Source: Orbicella franksi
Taxonomy: Eukaryota
Assembly (NCBI GenBank): GCA_964199315.1
Contig: OZ116708.1
Span: 20,274,001-20,338,000 of the forward strand
Length of the DNA stretch: 64,000 bases
Direction of reading: 5' to 3'
The position numbers were made by a program, and so were the translations under genes. Position 1 is the first letter of the stretch. Every line of letters starts with the position of its first letter. This document shows, piece after piece, positions 47,913-61,996 of this stretch. Under the pieces are notes generated by a model. It was not told where the DNA came from. It searched no databases and was given only the letters and a program-made list of their open reading frames with translations.

Positions 47913-50900
47913 AATTATTCCCTTTTTTCTGTTATCAAAAACTTCTTATCTCCAGAGTCTTTTTCGAAGATTCCTACTTTAGATGACACAGTCTCATCTG
48001 CCTTTCCTGAAAACAAAAAAAAAACAAAACAAAACAAAAAAGTTTAAAGTTAAGTGCAGAAAGTAGCTTTCCTAGACAACTAACATTGAGCAGCCCTTAG
48101 TGAACGACCCAGGCATTTGCATCTCACTTCTTATGTCACAGAATATGGACTCACGTATGTCAATATGCGAGTGATGCTGAGTAAAAAGAAAGTAACCATT
48201 TCACTACGAGCAACAAACTATTCTTCAATCAGAACAGTGTCTTGGCGTTTCTATAATTCTGTTGTGGTTTCTGCCGTGGGCTAAAATTGCCATTTTTATC
48301 TGAGAGTTACAACTGCTTTTGCGCGTCGCTTAAAGAAAGACCAGTGAAGTTTGGAGAAGAAATTTGGAGAAAAATGATTCCTATGAGTTCGTTGTCAAGA
48401 CAGAACACCTGCCACTTGGATAAAATGAGGTAAGAAACCCGGGCCGAACAAAACGAGTAAAGAGGAAGGATTGTTCCATGAAAACAACAAGACGGAACTC
48501 ACCGCTAGCGACAAAGGCCCATCGTTCCACCAACCTATGGCCTCCAAAAGATTCTAAGTATAGTACTTGGGTAAAAGCTCACCTTACTGAGTTTCTAACA
48601 GTTTTCTCGTTTTCTTTCGGATTGGCGGTTGATCGATTTTAGTTGCTAGTTTCGCATTCGTTTTTTTTCCCCTTTCGCTGAAGAGAGTACTTTGTTGCTA
48701 TTCAGTTTCCTTGTGCCGGAAGCCTTTCTTTTGTATCTCAATTTTCCGTCATCGCAAATCAATATGAATGCAAAATAGTATTTTCCATCAAATTGCAATG
48801 GGTTATTTTTACTGCCTATCTTGTTCTAAGCTTGTGTTTCATTGGCCGACAGCATGACAGCGTCGATGTTTTTTTTGATAAGGTGTGGTAAGCTTGCAAA
48901 AGTGTATGAGACAAAAACTCGGGCTTCAGTTTTGAATCAATATAATAGGGTATATTTCACTAAAATTGACCAAAATGTTCCTCGATTATCAATTCGCCGA
49001 AGTGTTTTGTTTTTGATATTTCAAATATGTCCTTACTTAGGCCTTCTCATGTCGCGAAGATCGGCCAAATAATATTATATCCGTCTAATTTAATATATCT
49101 TCTCTCATTAACCAGAAGGAATATCGAAAAAGCCTCACGCACTTTTTTTAGTCCTTCATCGGCTGATGGGCAAGATGCAGCTTGTTTTATCGTAAGTTCC
49201 AACGCGAATCCAGGCAACCGAGTTCAGCAACCACTGTCAGTTTTGCGTTGGAAGGTTTGCGCCCACTATCAATAACTGAAATCTTCAAAATAGTTATTTC
49301 TTCTGATTTTTCATTTGATTGGCTTTACGGTGATATATATTCTTGTATAGTTTTGTTAAAAGTGATACGAGTACAAGACATTTCTCAAAAGACCCCTTCT
49401 GAAGGTCTACGGTAACCTTAAGATTAAGATGCAAAACTTTATTTTCCCAAACTTCGTGTTTGCTAACAGTATTTTGCTGCTCCTAGTCGTTTTTAGCGAC
49501 TCTACGTCGTACAGTATTATCATACAGAAGATGAAATCTTGAGTGAGTCGACATACATTATTGTTGTAGTTACCTTTTTTTCTTGATCCAGTTAACAGAG
49601 CTCTTCAACTGAACTTGGAGGCTGCTAAAGAATAATTTTCAAAATAAGATGAACACAGCAAACAAACATAATTGAAACATGTACATGTAAGTTTTTTTCC
49701 GACAAATTCAGGCTGTAGCAGGCAAAGAGAGTCCATAATGTGCCACATTTCCATTTTGTTTTTTCAACTACCTACCTGAGCGATGGGTACAAAATAAAGT
49801 GATCTGATCTTCTGGAGGCCTCTTTCAGTAAAATACAGTCTTCTCAACTTTGATGAATATGAAAATTTCACAAATGCTGCTTATGATTAAACTTCAGTAG
49901 CTGAAAGCGTTTCAATTTACGTTGATCCCTGTCGCTTGAAGTGAGATTAATTGTCATAATGTGATGTTCGATTTTCGTGGGCTAAAAAGAATTGAACATA
50001 TATGTTGACCAATGGCTCTTTTTTGATTACTGAAAAAGACGTCTCCAATGTCAAGTTCCTGAGGTACTGATAAAAACAAAACTCCGAGTAGAGAGCGTAT
50101 AAACTTTCACTAACAGGAAATCGAACTCGCTGCCCTTGGTGGTCCTGATTACTTTAGGTTGAGACATTTTCGTCGACATTTCCGTGGATCTATCTCATGC
50201 GGCTTTAGACCAATGTCATCAAATGTCAGCTTGATGATTCCATTTCCGTAAAGAGTCATCAACGAACTTTGAGCTAATAAATATATCACCTGCGTTATCA
50301 TTTACATGCAACTATTCAGTCCAATTAAAACTATTTGTTTCGGGCAAAGATATTTGTAAGACATAGTTTCTTTGCAAAGTCGAGGAGAGAGGAAAATTGC
50401 TGTACAGGGATGACATAAAGAAAGTCATCTCAATCACCGCCAGACAAACATGAAGCCACTGGTAGTCTAGCTGTTTTAATTAAATTTTCTAAAATTGTTT
50501 TCCAAAGTATTCATTTGAAGCACTACTTGAAATTCAAATTCAGATTCAGTTTCATCCCTCAGTTCATTTTACTGTGTATATTTTTATCACGATGAGACTG
50601 GTACACAGATAATAACCCTATGTCACAGCAATGAAGCACCTGCTGGCGAGGAAAATGAGAGTCCATATAACTTGCATTGATACTTTCCAACCAACCAGAA
50701 GGCAGAAAGGAAACTACAGCTTCTTACAGCTATTTGCTTACTGTGTACTGCCAGACCCCATAGTTAAGAAAACCTGACATCGAATACAGTTATTCAACTT
50801 GTTACAGATTTTAATTGAATCTTTTTAACGGCTACGCACAACTTCTGAAAGTCTGGATATGCTTGGCGGAATTTTAATTATCGGTTAAATTTTAGGTGAT

Positions 50901-51569
50901 AATATAGGGGCGCTTTCCATTTGACCAAACATTCCGGTGTGAATTTCCGGAAATTTTCTGGGGCGAATGGAACAGAATTTTCCAGAGTGGTAAACGAGCC
51001 GCGCAGGTTTGTTCGCTTTTCAGTGGAATTTTTCAATGACTTCGAGGCTTAAATCGCAAATATAGAAGTAAACGGAACACTGATAAGTCGAAATGTGACT
51101 TTGTACAGACCACAAAAGCGCCAAAAAATCGTAATTGCTGAAGGGACTACATTTAGAGGACGTTACTCTCTTGAACAGAACAGTAATAACAGATAATTAC
51201 TTGGTATTTCTAAAATAAATCGCAAATAGTACATAAAAGTTTAGTTGTGTGTTCTTTTTGTTTGCTAGGGAGAAAAATAGTCTTCAGGGCTTTTACAGAT
51301 ATTGACAACTGAATGAAACAAACAATGGACGATCTTATCCTGCTTCCATATTAACAGAATCGCGAGGGAAAAGTGAATGATAGTAAATACGGAGGATTGT
51401 AAATATTGATGTAATTAACAAACACCATGCCGAGTCTCACCAACTAAAAGAAATAAGTGGAAAATATTTTTTATTACTGCTTTACGTTTATATCCAACCC
51501 CAGCTATCTTTTCTCAGAGTATAGCCTTTATCTTCTTTTGTATACAGGACAAGTAATATTTTCGACGTC

Positions 51570-54383
51570 CACGTAGGGGCCAAACCACCCCCCAAATGTT
51601 TCGTCAGTTCTTGGGTATTTCACATTATTTCACATTACTTAAAAAGTATTGACTGTTTCTACACCAAACTTGGCAGATAAACAGGAGACCTATTGCCAAT
51701 TATATTTACGTGAAAAATGTCAGTAAATGTCAAAGTTGTGACGTCACAGTGATGACGTCATGTTTTTTGCCACTTTTGAAGTTTTTAATATGCATATTAT
51801 TTACAATGTGTTCGAAAGAGCACATCAAGGGGAGTTGAAACCTGAAAAAATTTTGTCCATATCACAAAAATTAAATGAAATATGGCATTTTTAAATATGA
51901 AAAATAATTCTGCAAAATATGTGGTCCCCCCCTTGAGAAAAATCCCCAAATTGGAGCCGTAATTTTGTTCTAGCAAATGCAGTTATGTTGCACATGTGAT
52001 GTGCCAGATGACTAAAGCAAAAATAAAGAAGAAAATCGGAATAAAAATTTATCTCTAGTGTTATTGCGTTAAAATTAGTTTTGTTACGTTATAACCGGTG
52101 ACGTCACCCGTTTTTTACTGTTAATACCATCCTAACAAAGCCGAAAATCAAATTTCTAAAACCATACGAGCTTTCTATTTTTCTAGATTATTAGCCCTCC
52201 TAGAATAAAACTGAAAAAAATAAACCAGAGATACTGACTTAAAGTGCACCTAACCCCCAAAATTTTTTTTCGCTAAAACGAATCTCCTTGTTATTTGAAA
52301 TAGTTCTGCGAAAAAATTTTTGGATTCCGTTAAATCTTCGATTTTCTGTGCCCCGACGAAATCTCGAAAATAGCTCCAAAACACCGCCATTTTGTTTCAC
52401 GACCGAGTTTGAGGAGAATGGGTCTAGCGGCTCTTCTGACGTCTACCCAGGAAGGTTGGATATCTGACGTCCTCTCATTTCCTTCAGGATGGTGCAATAC
52501 ACATTCGAAAAGTGCGCAGAAACGCCTTCCAGAGGTGCTATCGGCTGTTGCAGCAATATTACAGATTTAAAGAAAGATATACTGTACAATGAACTGACGA
52601 TGATCGGCTAATGGTGCAACAAAGACGTAAACGATGGTTGATTTTGTCGAACCGAAACAAGCGAACTGAATCTGTGAGAACCATTGAAGAACTCTCACTG
52701 GAATTTGTTCCGCAGACTTTCGAACGCTATTTTCATAAATTTTCTGCCTAAAGCTAACCAGCAATTTGTAGAAATACTACCTACAACCTATATCTTCCAA
52801 TCCCGCAGTATTTGTAACATACAAAGTTGTGTGATCCGATCATGATCAAGAAGCGTTATACTGATATGTAAATAGATCGCAACTGTACGCCGCTAACCAA
52901 CACTTATTTCTCTTTCGATTTAGATAAAAGTCGAAGATTAATCCTTTAGAATTACATGATAACAAAATTGTTAGACTCACAGAGTTTTTCGAAGGTTTGG
53001 AAATCAGCAGTGCGACAAAGATTCTGTGATATAGCGTCGAAAATATGACCGCGTAACATGTGCGGACCGCTTAGGGAACACATCCTTTTCGCTTATCCGA
53101 CGAATTTCGCTGCAAACTTTGAGAACAATTTACATTGGTTTTTTGGAGTTACGACTTAAAACGTGTGACAATGTGAAATCGGTAATTGTATGAAATGTTT
53201 CCTTCCGCCTTGCTTCCCGCAGCTTCAAAAATACAGGTCCAAACAATACGATTTTCAATCGATCGAAGCCAATGTTTTGGAGGTCATCAAGTCTCGAAAA
53301 CTGCGACACGTACGTCGCTCTTATAAACATGAAGCATTCAACTGAAAGTAAAACACAAGCTGGATTTAACAGAACAATCACACCTTGATAAAATACATTC
53401 TCGCTAAGGACAAATGTAAACGGGCTATAAACACGCGTGGGAATCTTATGTTTAGTTGACGAAATTACCATCCAAAGCAGTCCTTGAGTTTTCTTTCCTG
53501 CTTTTCGTTTGCCTGCTCCTCCACTTCGTATCTAGCTTTCCATTCCTAATATACAAGCAACTCGTCCGCAAAGAAGTCTTCCCCTTCGTCGTTTGAAATA
53601 TTGTAAATTGCTCTCAAAGCTCTAAGCAGTGAGTTCACAGTTGTCGAACGTGCTCGATCGAAGTTTATTTCGGAGTCTTCCGAATCGAAACTTAACTCTG
53701 ACTCCAGTGACGAAAAAGAAATGATTCTGAGACAAAACTTGGACGTTTTAGTCCCAAAATACATCGGAACGATTAGTTTTGTGTTCCATTTTCTCGAGCA
53801 AATACAGAGAGTTGACTGAGGCGCCATTGTGTTTGGTTCCTGGGTAGACGTCATCAGGTACCGCCGCCCCAGACTCCCTAAAACGCGGTCGTGAAACCTT
53901 CAAGCGCGACTTTGAAAGGGCATAGAAAATCGAGGATTCAACCAAATTCAAAAATTTCTTCGCCCAAATGCTTCGAATAAAGTCTAGATTCGTTTTAGCG
54001 AAAAAAAAAATTTGGGGTTAGGTGCACTTTAAGAAAGACAGTATGGTTAAGCAAATTCCGGGGGGGGACAACAAAAAAAAATATTTAACTTACCATATCT
54101 CGAAAAATAATCATGATAGCTAAAAACGGTTTCCGGCATTTTACTCCTCAAGTCAAGGCCTTACCAATGACATAATCTTTTTATCAGATTTTACAAAAAA
54201 TTATAGCACGTTTCGGTGACGTCATCAATTATGACGTCATAATCTGACATTTTGTCACAATTTCCAAATTGAAATAAACTGGAGAACAAAGAAAGCTCAT
54301 CTGCCAAACTTGGTTCAGAAATATATAAACCAAGCAAATATAGCCTTCAAGAAACATTAGGGGGGTGGTTTGGCCCCTACGTG
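51570..54383. mobile_element. Large non-autonomous TIR element (superfamily unassigned) hosting a Kolobok insertion
   Basis: CACGTAGGGGCCAAACCACCCCCC / GGGGGGTGGTTTGGCCCCTACGTG inverted match. Mirrored subterminal ccaaacttgg and tgacgtca motifs. True termini uncertain. Confidence 0.6.
52243..54028. mobile_element. Kolobok-type non-autonomous element, 1786 bp, TTAA TSD
   Basis: TTAA|AGTGCACCTAACCCC...GGGGTTAGGTGCACT|TTAA. About 43-bp near-perfect TIR, with patchy inverted similarity to about 200 bp (gtttcacgaccg, tgacgtctacccagga). Confidence 0.88.
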
Positions 54384-54465
54384 TCACTCGAGAACTTTGG
54401 TTTTTTCTTAACAGATGAATGAGTTGATGTCAAAAAAATGCCAGGGCTTCGCATGCACGATAGAG

Positions 54466-55332
54466 TTAAGAGGAAAAGCCAATCTTTTGCCTGATCGTGT
54501 TCTTTACTGCTTGCTTCATTTCTTTCATCTTCCAACAGTACAGGAATGGATTCAAGGTAGAGTTAAACATAACAAGAGTTAACGTACCATCTAGTGTAAA
54601 AGGGAAGATAACAAGCCACTAATGATATCTGTACCCATATCGCACTGGACACTGTTCTTCTGCATCGTGTTATATTCAAGGGAATTTCTCCTCCGTTCGG
54701 TTGTCCTTGTTGAATATGCTGTTGTTCTTGAGCTTGGTAGTGGCGAAGTATGCGATAGATTTTCATGTAACAGCAAGCTGAGACTATTATACACAGGATC
54801 ACCTCTACAGACAAGATGCTAAGGCGATAAAGAGAGATGTAATACAATATTACGGCATTTGCAATGTTGAGAAGCCAAATTGTAACCGCAAAAACCCATA
54901 CTCTCCTGAAGGTTATTACTTGTCTGTATCTTAACTCCAACAAAACGGCGAGTAATCTGTCCATACTTATTGCAGTCAGTGTCATCAAAGAAACTCCACA
55001 AAAAACTGTACATGTGAAATTAAAAAGTAGTAAAGAATAGTAGCAATGCTTGGAGCATTTTGAGGACAAGAGATAGTTAACTTAAAGAGGCTGCGCAACG
55101 AGACCCACACAGAGATCGGTGCTCGCAAGGCAACCTAGCAGCAGTTTTGATGGCGGATGAAGGAATGACGCCTTTGGAAGAACAGCGATGATCAGAGCGT
55201 TCCTAATAAACGCGGTGATGGAAAGAAGAATGTTAATCGCTGAAACAGTGATGTTTGGCTTTTTTCGGTAAGACTCGACGAGAAATAAAACTCTTCAATT
55301 CTAGTTAGGTTTCTGTTGTGAGTTAAATTCTT
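54466..55332 (-). pseudogene. Family 2 GPCR pseudogene, near full length
   Basis: Start appears mutated to AAG. Frameshift before TM1, TAA after QPL, SMDRLLA motif, a deletion between TM6 and TM7, and NSTLNPFLYCW retained. Confidence 0.85.
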
Positions 55333-58300
55333 AGCGATGAATGTTATACGTACTGTCTTTTTGTTAGTTAAACCAAAAGTGTTCTGAAAATCCTCTGTTC
55401 AAATATTACTTTGCCTCTCGAGATTTCTTTGCCTCTTTGCCTCTCGTGACACCGTTTTAGATTATTTTCGCTGAAAGAAAAGAAAATATAATAAGTTGTA
55501 GCAACTGTTTTTCCATCATCAGTAAATGTCGTTATTTTTGTCTTTAAAGGTTGTTTCTTGGTCTCTGTGGCAAGAATATAATGACATTTTGCCTTGAGCA
55601 GATGTTCCCACGGATCGTGCAGGTGAGAGGCTTGTCATGTTGATACGAATCGAACGCAAAGTTAACCCAGATAGTGATGATTTTTACAAGGCTTTCTGAA
55701 ACGTTTAAATACTACACTTATCTTTATTCACCTAGTCTTAACTTTAATAAGTTGTTTTGTTCGATCACTAACAAGTTGTACATGTGGTTAAAAAATTTGG
55801 CGTGCGTCGATCAGTACGAAACATCAAATCATTGAAACTTCTCGCATTTATCGCTAAAAGAAGATGAATTTAGCAACGGGAAAACAATGTTTCATCTCAA
55901 GCAAGGCCAAGACATTGTATTTGTTAGTAATCCATTGACGGAAATAATAGCTCTGGCTATACTATGCAGAAAATAAAAAGTCAGTTGCGCAGTCGAAAAC
56001 CACTTTGGCTTGAACGAAATCATTTTTAAATGTGTATTTACCTTTAAAATAGTCCAAACTGTTTAGGTAAACTATTCTTTCCAGACCTGGGTTGAATCTC
56101 CCGGTTCAACAAGGACCTCCTGTGTCATTAATGTAAAAAAAAAAAAAAAAATGGAGTTTAAACTTGGCAATATCTTATTGAACACCTTCAAACTGTGAGG
56201 AAATCTTGAATTTGAATGCCCACACTACTGTGTGTCTTTTATATAGACCAAGTTCGTTCTTTTGATTTAAAATGGTCTATGCGATTCCCTGCTGTTTTTC
56301 CAACGAGGTTTAGGCTTCTATGTCACGTTTCTATTTTCATGTACATTTTGAGTCAAATCAAATGATGCTAGTTTCCGGTAAAAAAAACAAAACAAAAGGG
56401 ATCCCGTTTTTTGGAAATTTGGGAAGGAGAAAATGGAAGGGACAGTCGGCTCCATCACAACGTACTGAGGACAGTCGGTTCTATAAGTACTTTAATAGTA
56501 TTTAGATGGAAATTCAGGTTCAATTTCACCCATCAACTTGGTCCACTTGATCATGGTGAAACCGGTATACAAACAACAATCCTTTTTAACAGCAACAAAA
56601 CACCTGCTGGTGTTAAAAATGAGACTTGATACTTGCTTTAGATTAAATATTTTATTATCTTTTTTAACCAAACAGAATGTACTCGGAAAACCAGAGCGAA
56701 ATAAATTGTTTTTACCGCTTGACTTGTGCATATATAATTACTTTGTGTGTTTTGTTCATGAGAAGACACAATTGATGTCTACTGTAAGTATCTCCTCCCG
56801 CGGAGATTTTTGTTTTGCGGTTGTTGCAGGCGTTATAATCTTGTTAAAGCGGTTTCAGCGACTGTCATCTCACGTATCTTCGGGATCTGGAAAGTGTTGT
56901 TATTTTAACTAAGCATGGTTTCCCGTGACGGAGAAACAGGTTTTACATTTCACCTCGTGACCTGCAGCCTCGACCTTAAAGCGAGTTCACGGTTGACCTT
57001 CGATCGAAGACTGTGCCAAGGAAGGGATTTTATCTCTTCGCTCGCGGCATCAATCCAGATCTTACTTCGAAAAAAACTCGGTGTATCCTAAACGAACGTG
57101 ATTGCATCATAAGTCCGATAAAGATTTTTTTTAAGAAAAGAGCGGTGGTAGCAAGTTTTCAGACGAATTTGCACGAGTGGAAATTGGATCCTGCCTTGCC
57201 GATTGCTCCAGTTATCGTGGCAAAGCTTTGGAATTAAAGTGGTGGCTTCTTCATTTGGTTTGCTGGCCATGTTGTCACGCCAACATCTTGCCAAGAGCGC
57301 ACTTCAAAAGAATACCCTGAAAGACCTGGATTTAATTTGCTCACAGTTCGAAAAGGACATGGTCAAGAACAGGGGTAAGTTTGCGAACAATGTTTTTTGA
57401 GTTTAGCTGGAGGGGAAATACCGTAATAACTTCACTTTTAGTGGCACTTTGATTGGCAAAGGCCGTTACAACATGACCAATGCTGACCTTGTGTTTTCGA
57501 GAGCTCAAATTCAGTTTATTTTCCCGCTTGAGGCACCTAAGTTACTTTTTTGCCAATAGGGGGCCTGGGTTGATTTTGCTGGAGTAGGGTCAGAGGTCAG
57601 CTTTGGTCAGCTAAGATGTATTTTCTTTTGATTGAAAGGACGGGATGGTATCGTGGACCGCAATGACAGTCATTTTAGAAATTGTTATATTGAGTGCAAT
57701 CAAGGGCAAAATAAATGAAAAATTAAGACCACCACTCCCCCCATTTTAATGATGGAAAAATGCGAATTTATCATTGATTCGGGTGGATAGGTGGTTTTAT
57801 TTCTCATTTTATTCTGTCCAAGATTTTAGTCTCTTGATGAAAATAATCAATGTGGTTGGTTCCCTAAAATAAATCATGTTGATGAAGATAATGATCATGT
57901 TAAGAGGCCTCCTTGTTTAATTTGAGGGGCAAACACAGTAAAAATTGCAGTAAATGTACGGGAAAAGTTTAAAGTTTGCTGCCTAATAAGTTGAGAGTCA
58001 TTGACTTCCTGAATGTTTTATGCGTTACAAGGAACAGATACACAGCAGATCTAAAGGGTTTCCTTAGTCAAATGTGATGAAAATAGATTTCCTGTGAGGC
58101 AAGGATAGGCACTTTTAAATTTTGTATACAAATGTTTCTAAATTTTCTTGCGAATTGCAACTCACACTATTTTTCAGACTATTGATAAATGAAAAACTTA
58201 ATTATGGCTTTTCTAGCGAGGCATCTTCCCACTTATCATATGATCTACAAATCTACTGAAATCTACTCAAAAATATTTCAGGTTGTTAGTCGTAAGATTC

Positions 58301-58941
58301 TCTATTTTCCCCATACATTTACTGCAGTTTTTGCCCTGTTTGCCCTCCCAAATTTAAATAGCGTGAAAAAACCATGAAAATCTCTCTTTCATAATTATGT
58401 TTTCCAGGGTTCCTTTGGATTTGATCTCGCCACTTTTTACCAGGTTAAAAACAGACAATATTCTATATATAATAATGCAGCACTTACTCAAATGTTATAA
58501 TTGATTTTTATCAGCAGCCCATATTATGATTGGTTTATCACTAACCATAAACTTAATAAGTCTGTTGAGTCAGACGTCAAAAATGGGCAATAATGGTTAT
58601 GTGTTAATGTATAGTATTATTCACACTATTCAATTTGCTATGTGGTTGCTAACTAGCAGACATCTTAATACATTTATAGGTGTCCAGCTGAACAGGAAAT
58701 TCCTAACAAAATTGAAGGCATTCATGTGAAGCACTTTTCATGGAAAAGCTGTAGAGGACCTTGCACAGATTTAAACACAGCAAAAAATCTGATTTAAAAT
58801 GGAGTAACCATCTATCAGTCCTGTCTTCATGTACACATGTGCTCTAATAAAAACATTGTAAGTTGAATTAAGATGATGACCAAAAGATAACCAAAAAACA
58901 ACCAAAATAGAAAAAATTAAATAATAATGTTTTTAAGGTGC

Positions 58942-59887
58942 AATAACATTATCAGGCTACACTTTAAGGTGGCACACCCAGAAGTGTAGTGTAACCGAGA
59001 GATTATAATGTCATGCCAGCAATAACATTAATAGGCTACACTTTAGGTGGCACACCCATGAGTATAGTGTAACCAAGAGAGTCTAATGTCATGCCAGCAA
59101 TAACATTATTAGGCTACACTTAAGGTGGCACACCCATGAGTGTAGTGTAAGCGAGAGATTCTAATGTCATGCCAGCAGTAACATTAATAGGCTACACTTT
59201 AGGTGGCACACCCATGAGTGTAGTGTAACCAAGAGATTCTAATGTCATGCCAGCAGTAACAATAATAGGCTACACTTTAGGTGGCACACCCATGAGTGTA
59301 GTGTAACCAAGAGATTCTAATGTCATGCCAGCAGTAACATTAATAGGCTACACTTTAGGTGGCACACCCATGAGCGTAGTGTAACCAAGAGATTCTAATG
59401 TCATGCCAGCAATAACGTTATTAGGCTACACTTTAGGTGGCACACCCATGAGTGTAGTGTAACGAAGAGATTCTAATGTCATGCCAGCAGTAACATTAAT
59501 AGGCTACACTTTAGGTGGCACACCCATGAGTGTAGTGTAACCGAGAGATTCTAATGTCATGCCAGCAATAACATTAATAGGCTACACGTTAGGTGGCACA
59601 CCCACGAGCATAGTGTAACCAGGAGATTCTAATGTCATGCCAGCAATAACATTATTAGGCTACACTTTAGGTGGCACACCCATGAGTGTAGTGTAACCGA
59701 GAGATTCTAATGTCATGCCAGCAATAACATTATTAGGCTACACTTTAGGTGGCACACCCATGAGTGTAATGTAACGAAGAGATTCTAATGTCATGCCAGC
59801 AATAACATTATTAGGCTACACTTTAGGTGGCACACCCATGAGTGTAGTGTAACTGAGATATTCTAATGTCATGCCAGCAATAACATT
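58942..59887. repeat. 78-bp minisatellite, about 12 units, internally palindromic
   Basis: Unit AATAACATTATTAGGCTACACTTTAGGTGGCACACCCATGAGTGTAGTGTAACCAAGAGATTCTAATGTCATGCCAGC with few substitutions. Confidence 0.97.
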
Positions 59888-60947
59888 GTTCAGCTGTTAC
59901 AATATCAATTTGTCTCACCTAAAGGTAGTAAACTGTAACTGTGAAATATTTATATCAGTGCGTATGACAAGCAAGTATACTGATATTTATTACTCTTATT
60001 GAATATTTCATCGTGAAATGTTGACCCCTTCTCTTAAGTTTTTAACAGCCATAACACTGAAGTCACGTACTGAAAAAAGTTATACTCAAAAACAACTTAT
60101 CTGATGAATGCAGAAAATGAGGTCGTATTATAGTCTATTAAAGCTAATGTAAAGTGGCGAATAAACCATCATCATCATATCGTTACACAACCAATCGAAA
60201 AAAAATATTTATATTTTTTTTATTACAATGTAATGGCAAATTGTAATGGCAAATACTACATGTATAACAATAATGGTAATGATAAATTTTTAAAAAGCTA
60301 TAAAAAAGCCATAAGGATGATCATTATACCAGAAAATAGAGGGCCCTGAACAGTCTAGCTTTAAACAAAAGTCATGTTTAAATAAAAGATTGTTGTTGTT
60401 GTTGTCCATTAATGGGTAAATTCTGTCAAGTTAAAGGCCTTGAGTAAATTGCGCCCAGCAAAGACAAACAAACAATTGAAAAACAAGTGGATCTCTGCGC
60501 GTTATTTTAAGCACTGAGGTGCTTTGTTAGAATTTTAACTGTCTCAAAATCGGCAAGGCAAGGTCTCAAAGACGGTCTTTGAGCTGCTCTGACTCTGATA
60601 AAAACCCACGGTCTTAGAGACAACTTTTAGCATTTTTCATAAGAATTACACACCAGTCGCGCCACTGTATCGCCGATCCTTCATTACATCTGAGGCTAAG
60701 TAACTTTGAGGCTGTGTTCAAAGGCGATTCTTTTTCTACTTAAGTTAGACGAAACTCGCTGCTACCTTGGGGCTTTTTCCAAAAGGTATGGAAACAGGGC
60801 AGCATGTATTTCTCTATGGGTGTATTAAACTCGTGAAAACAGTTTTTTAAAACATGAGATGAAATCCTTCGTGTTCCAGTTCAAATTTATGTCGCTGTCG
60901 TGGTTGCTGCCTTTTGGGTGGGCTCTTCATCAGGTAGACCATTCTTA

Positions 60948-61316
60948 GGGCCTGTTTACAAGGAGAGAGGGTTACCCTAGCACTCACACATTTTCTCTTG
61001 TTTTCTTCGTCGTCTTTACAAGGCAGCTAGCTAGGGTTAAACGAGTAGGCGGTTTACCCTATCTGCGTGCTAGGGTTACCCTGGCAGGCGGGCTAACTTT
61101 TTCCCTTGTAAACACTCCAGGTAGGGTTAACCCGCCTACCTGGGTTAACTTTCTACTTGTTTCCAGACCCTTTGAGTGTAACCGCGCATTAAGTTGTCCC
61201 GCGCTCGGGTTGTAGGGTTACACCAAAATTTTGCTTGTAAACCCGGGCTATCTTTTGCCCTCCAGCTAAGATTAACACGCTTGCTAGAGTAGACCTCTCT
61301 CCCTGTAAACAGGCCC
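60948..61316. mobile_element. PIF/Harbinger MITE, 369 bp, TTA TSD
   Basis: TTA|GGGCCTGTTTACAAGGAGAGAGG...CCTCTCTCCCTGTAAACAGGCCC|TTA, with internal AGGGTTACCC repeats. Confidence 0.88.
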
Positions 61317-61996
61317 TTAAATATATCTCGGTGTGCTGGTTGAGTTTTCAATTTTGATTTCAAGAAACGTTCCTTTTAACGCCCTCCTTTTAGTAATGCG
61401 ACGAAGTTGTTGATTGAAGTAATTGTAATTTGAAGAAAAGTTTCTGTTAGTTCCTGTTACTTGAGAAAAATATTACGGGTTTTGTTTTAACACTGCGCAA
61501 CATGACGTTTCTTAATGTTCATAGTATGCGTTACACTGTACCTTCCCTTGTTGTATCGTCATCAGTTTGCCGCTCTTAATTGATAGGAAGAATAAATTAT
61601 ACTTTTGATCCTTGATTCCACTATTTTCTGGGGATGTGGGAGGGTTTCACCACACTCAGTCGTTACTTTCGAAATTTTAAGGTCTGTTTTCGCAGCGCGT
61701 GCGAACACCTTGAAGTCATTGGTAGCCGTGCGAGGTCACTTAAAGCACTGACAAACTTTGCTTTGTGTACTAAGTGATTCCTCACCCCGGGCCCTAACTT
61801 TCCCCACGGCTATGTAATTGTGTGACATTTCTTCTCAATGGCGGAGGGCAAAAAGACTGTTCGGAGTATTAAGCTTAGATAACTAATTGTGGAGACTCAA
61901 ATAAAGATAAATTTACAGATAAATTAGAGATTATTTATTTACAATCAAGATAAAGGTGTTTGTGACTATAAATGAAATTCATCAAGTAGTGCATAT

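Noticed and set aside
57013-57400. Cluster of short ORFs ending at a GTAAG donor-like site
   Set aside because: No recognisable domain, and no partner exons could be identified.
58942-59887. CRISPR-like array
   Set aside because: Units are contiguous and near-identical with no unique spacers. No cas genes are present and the context is eukaryotic.
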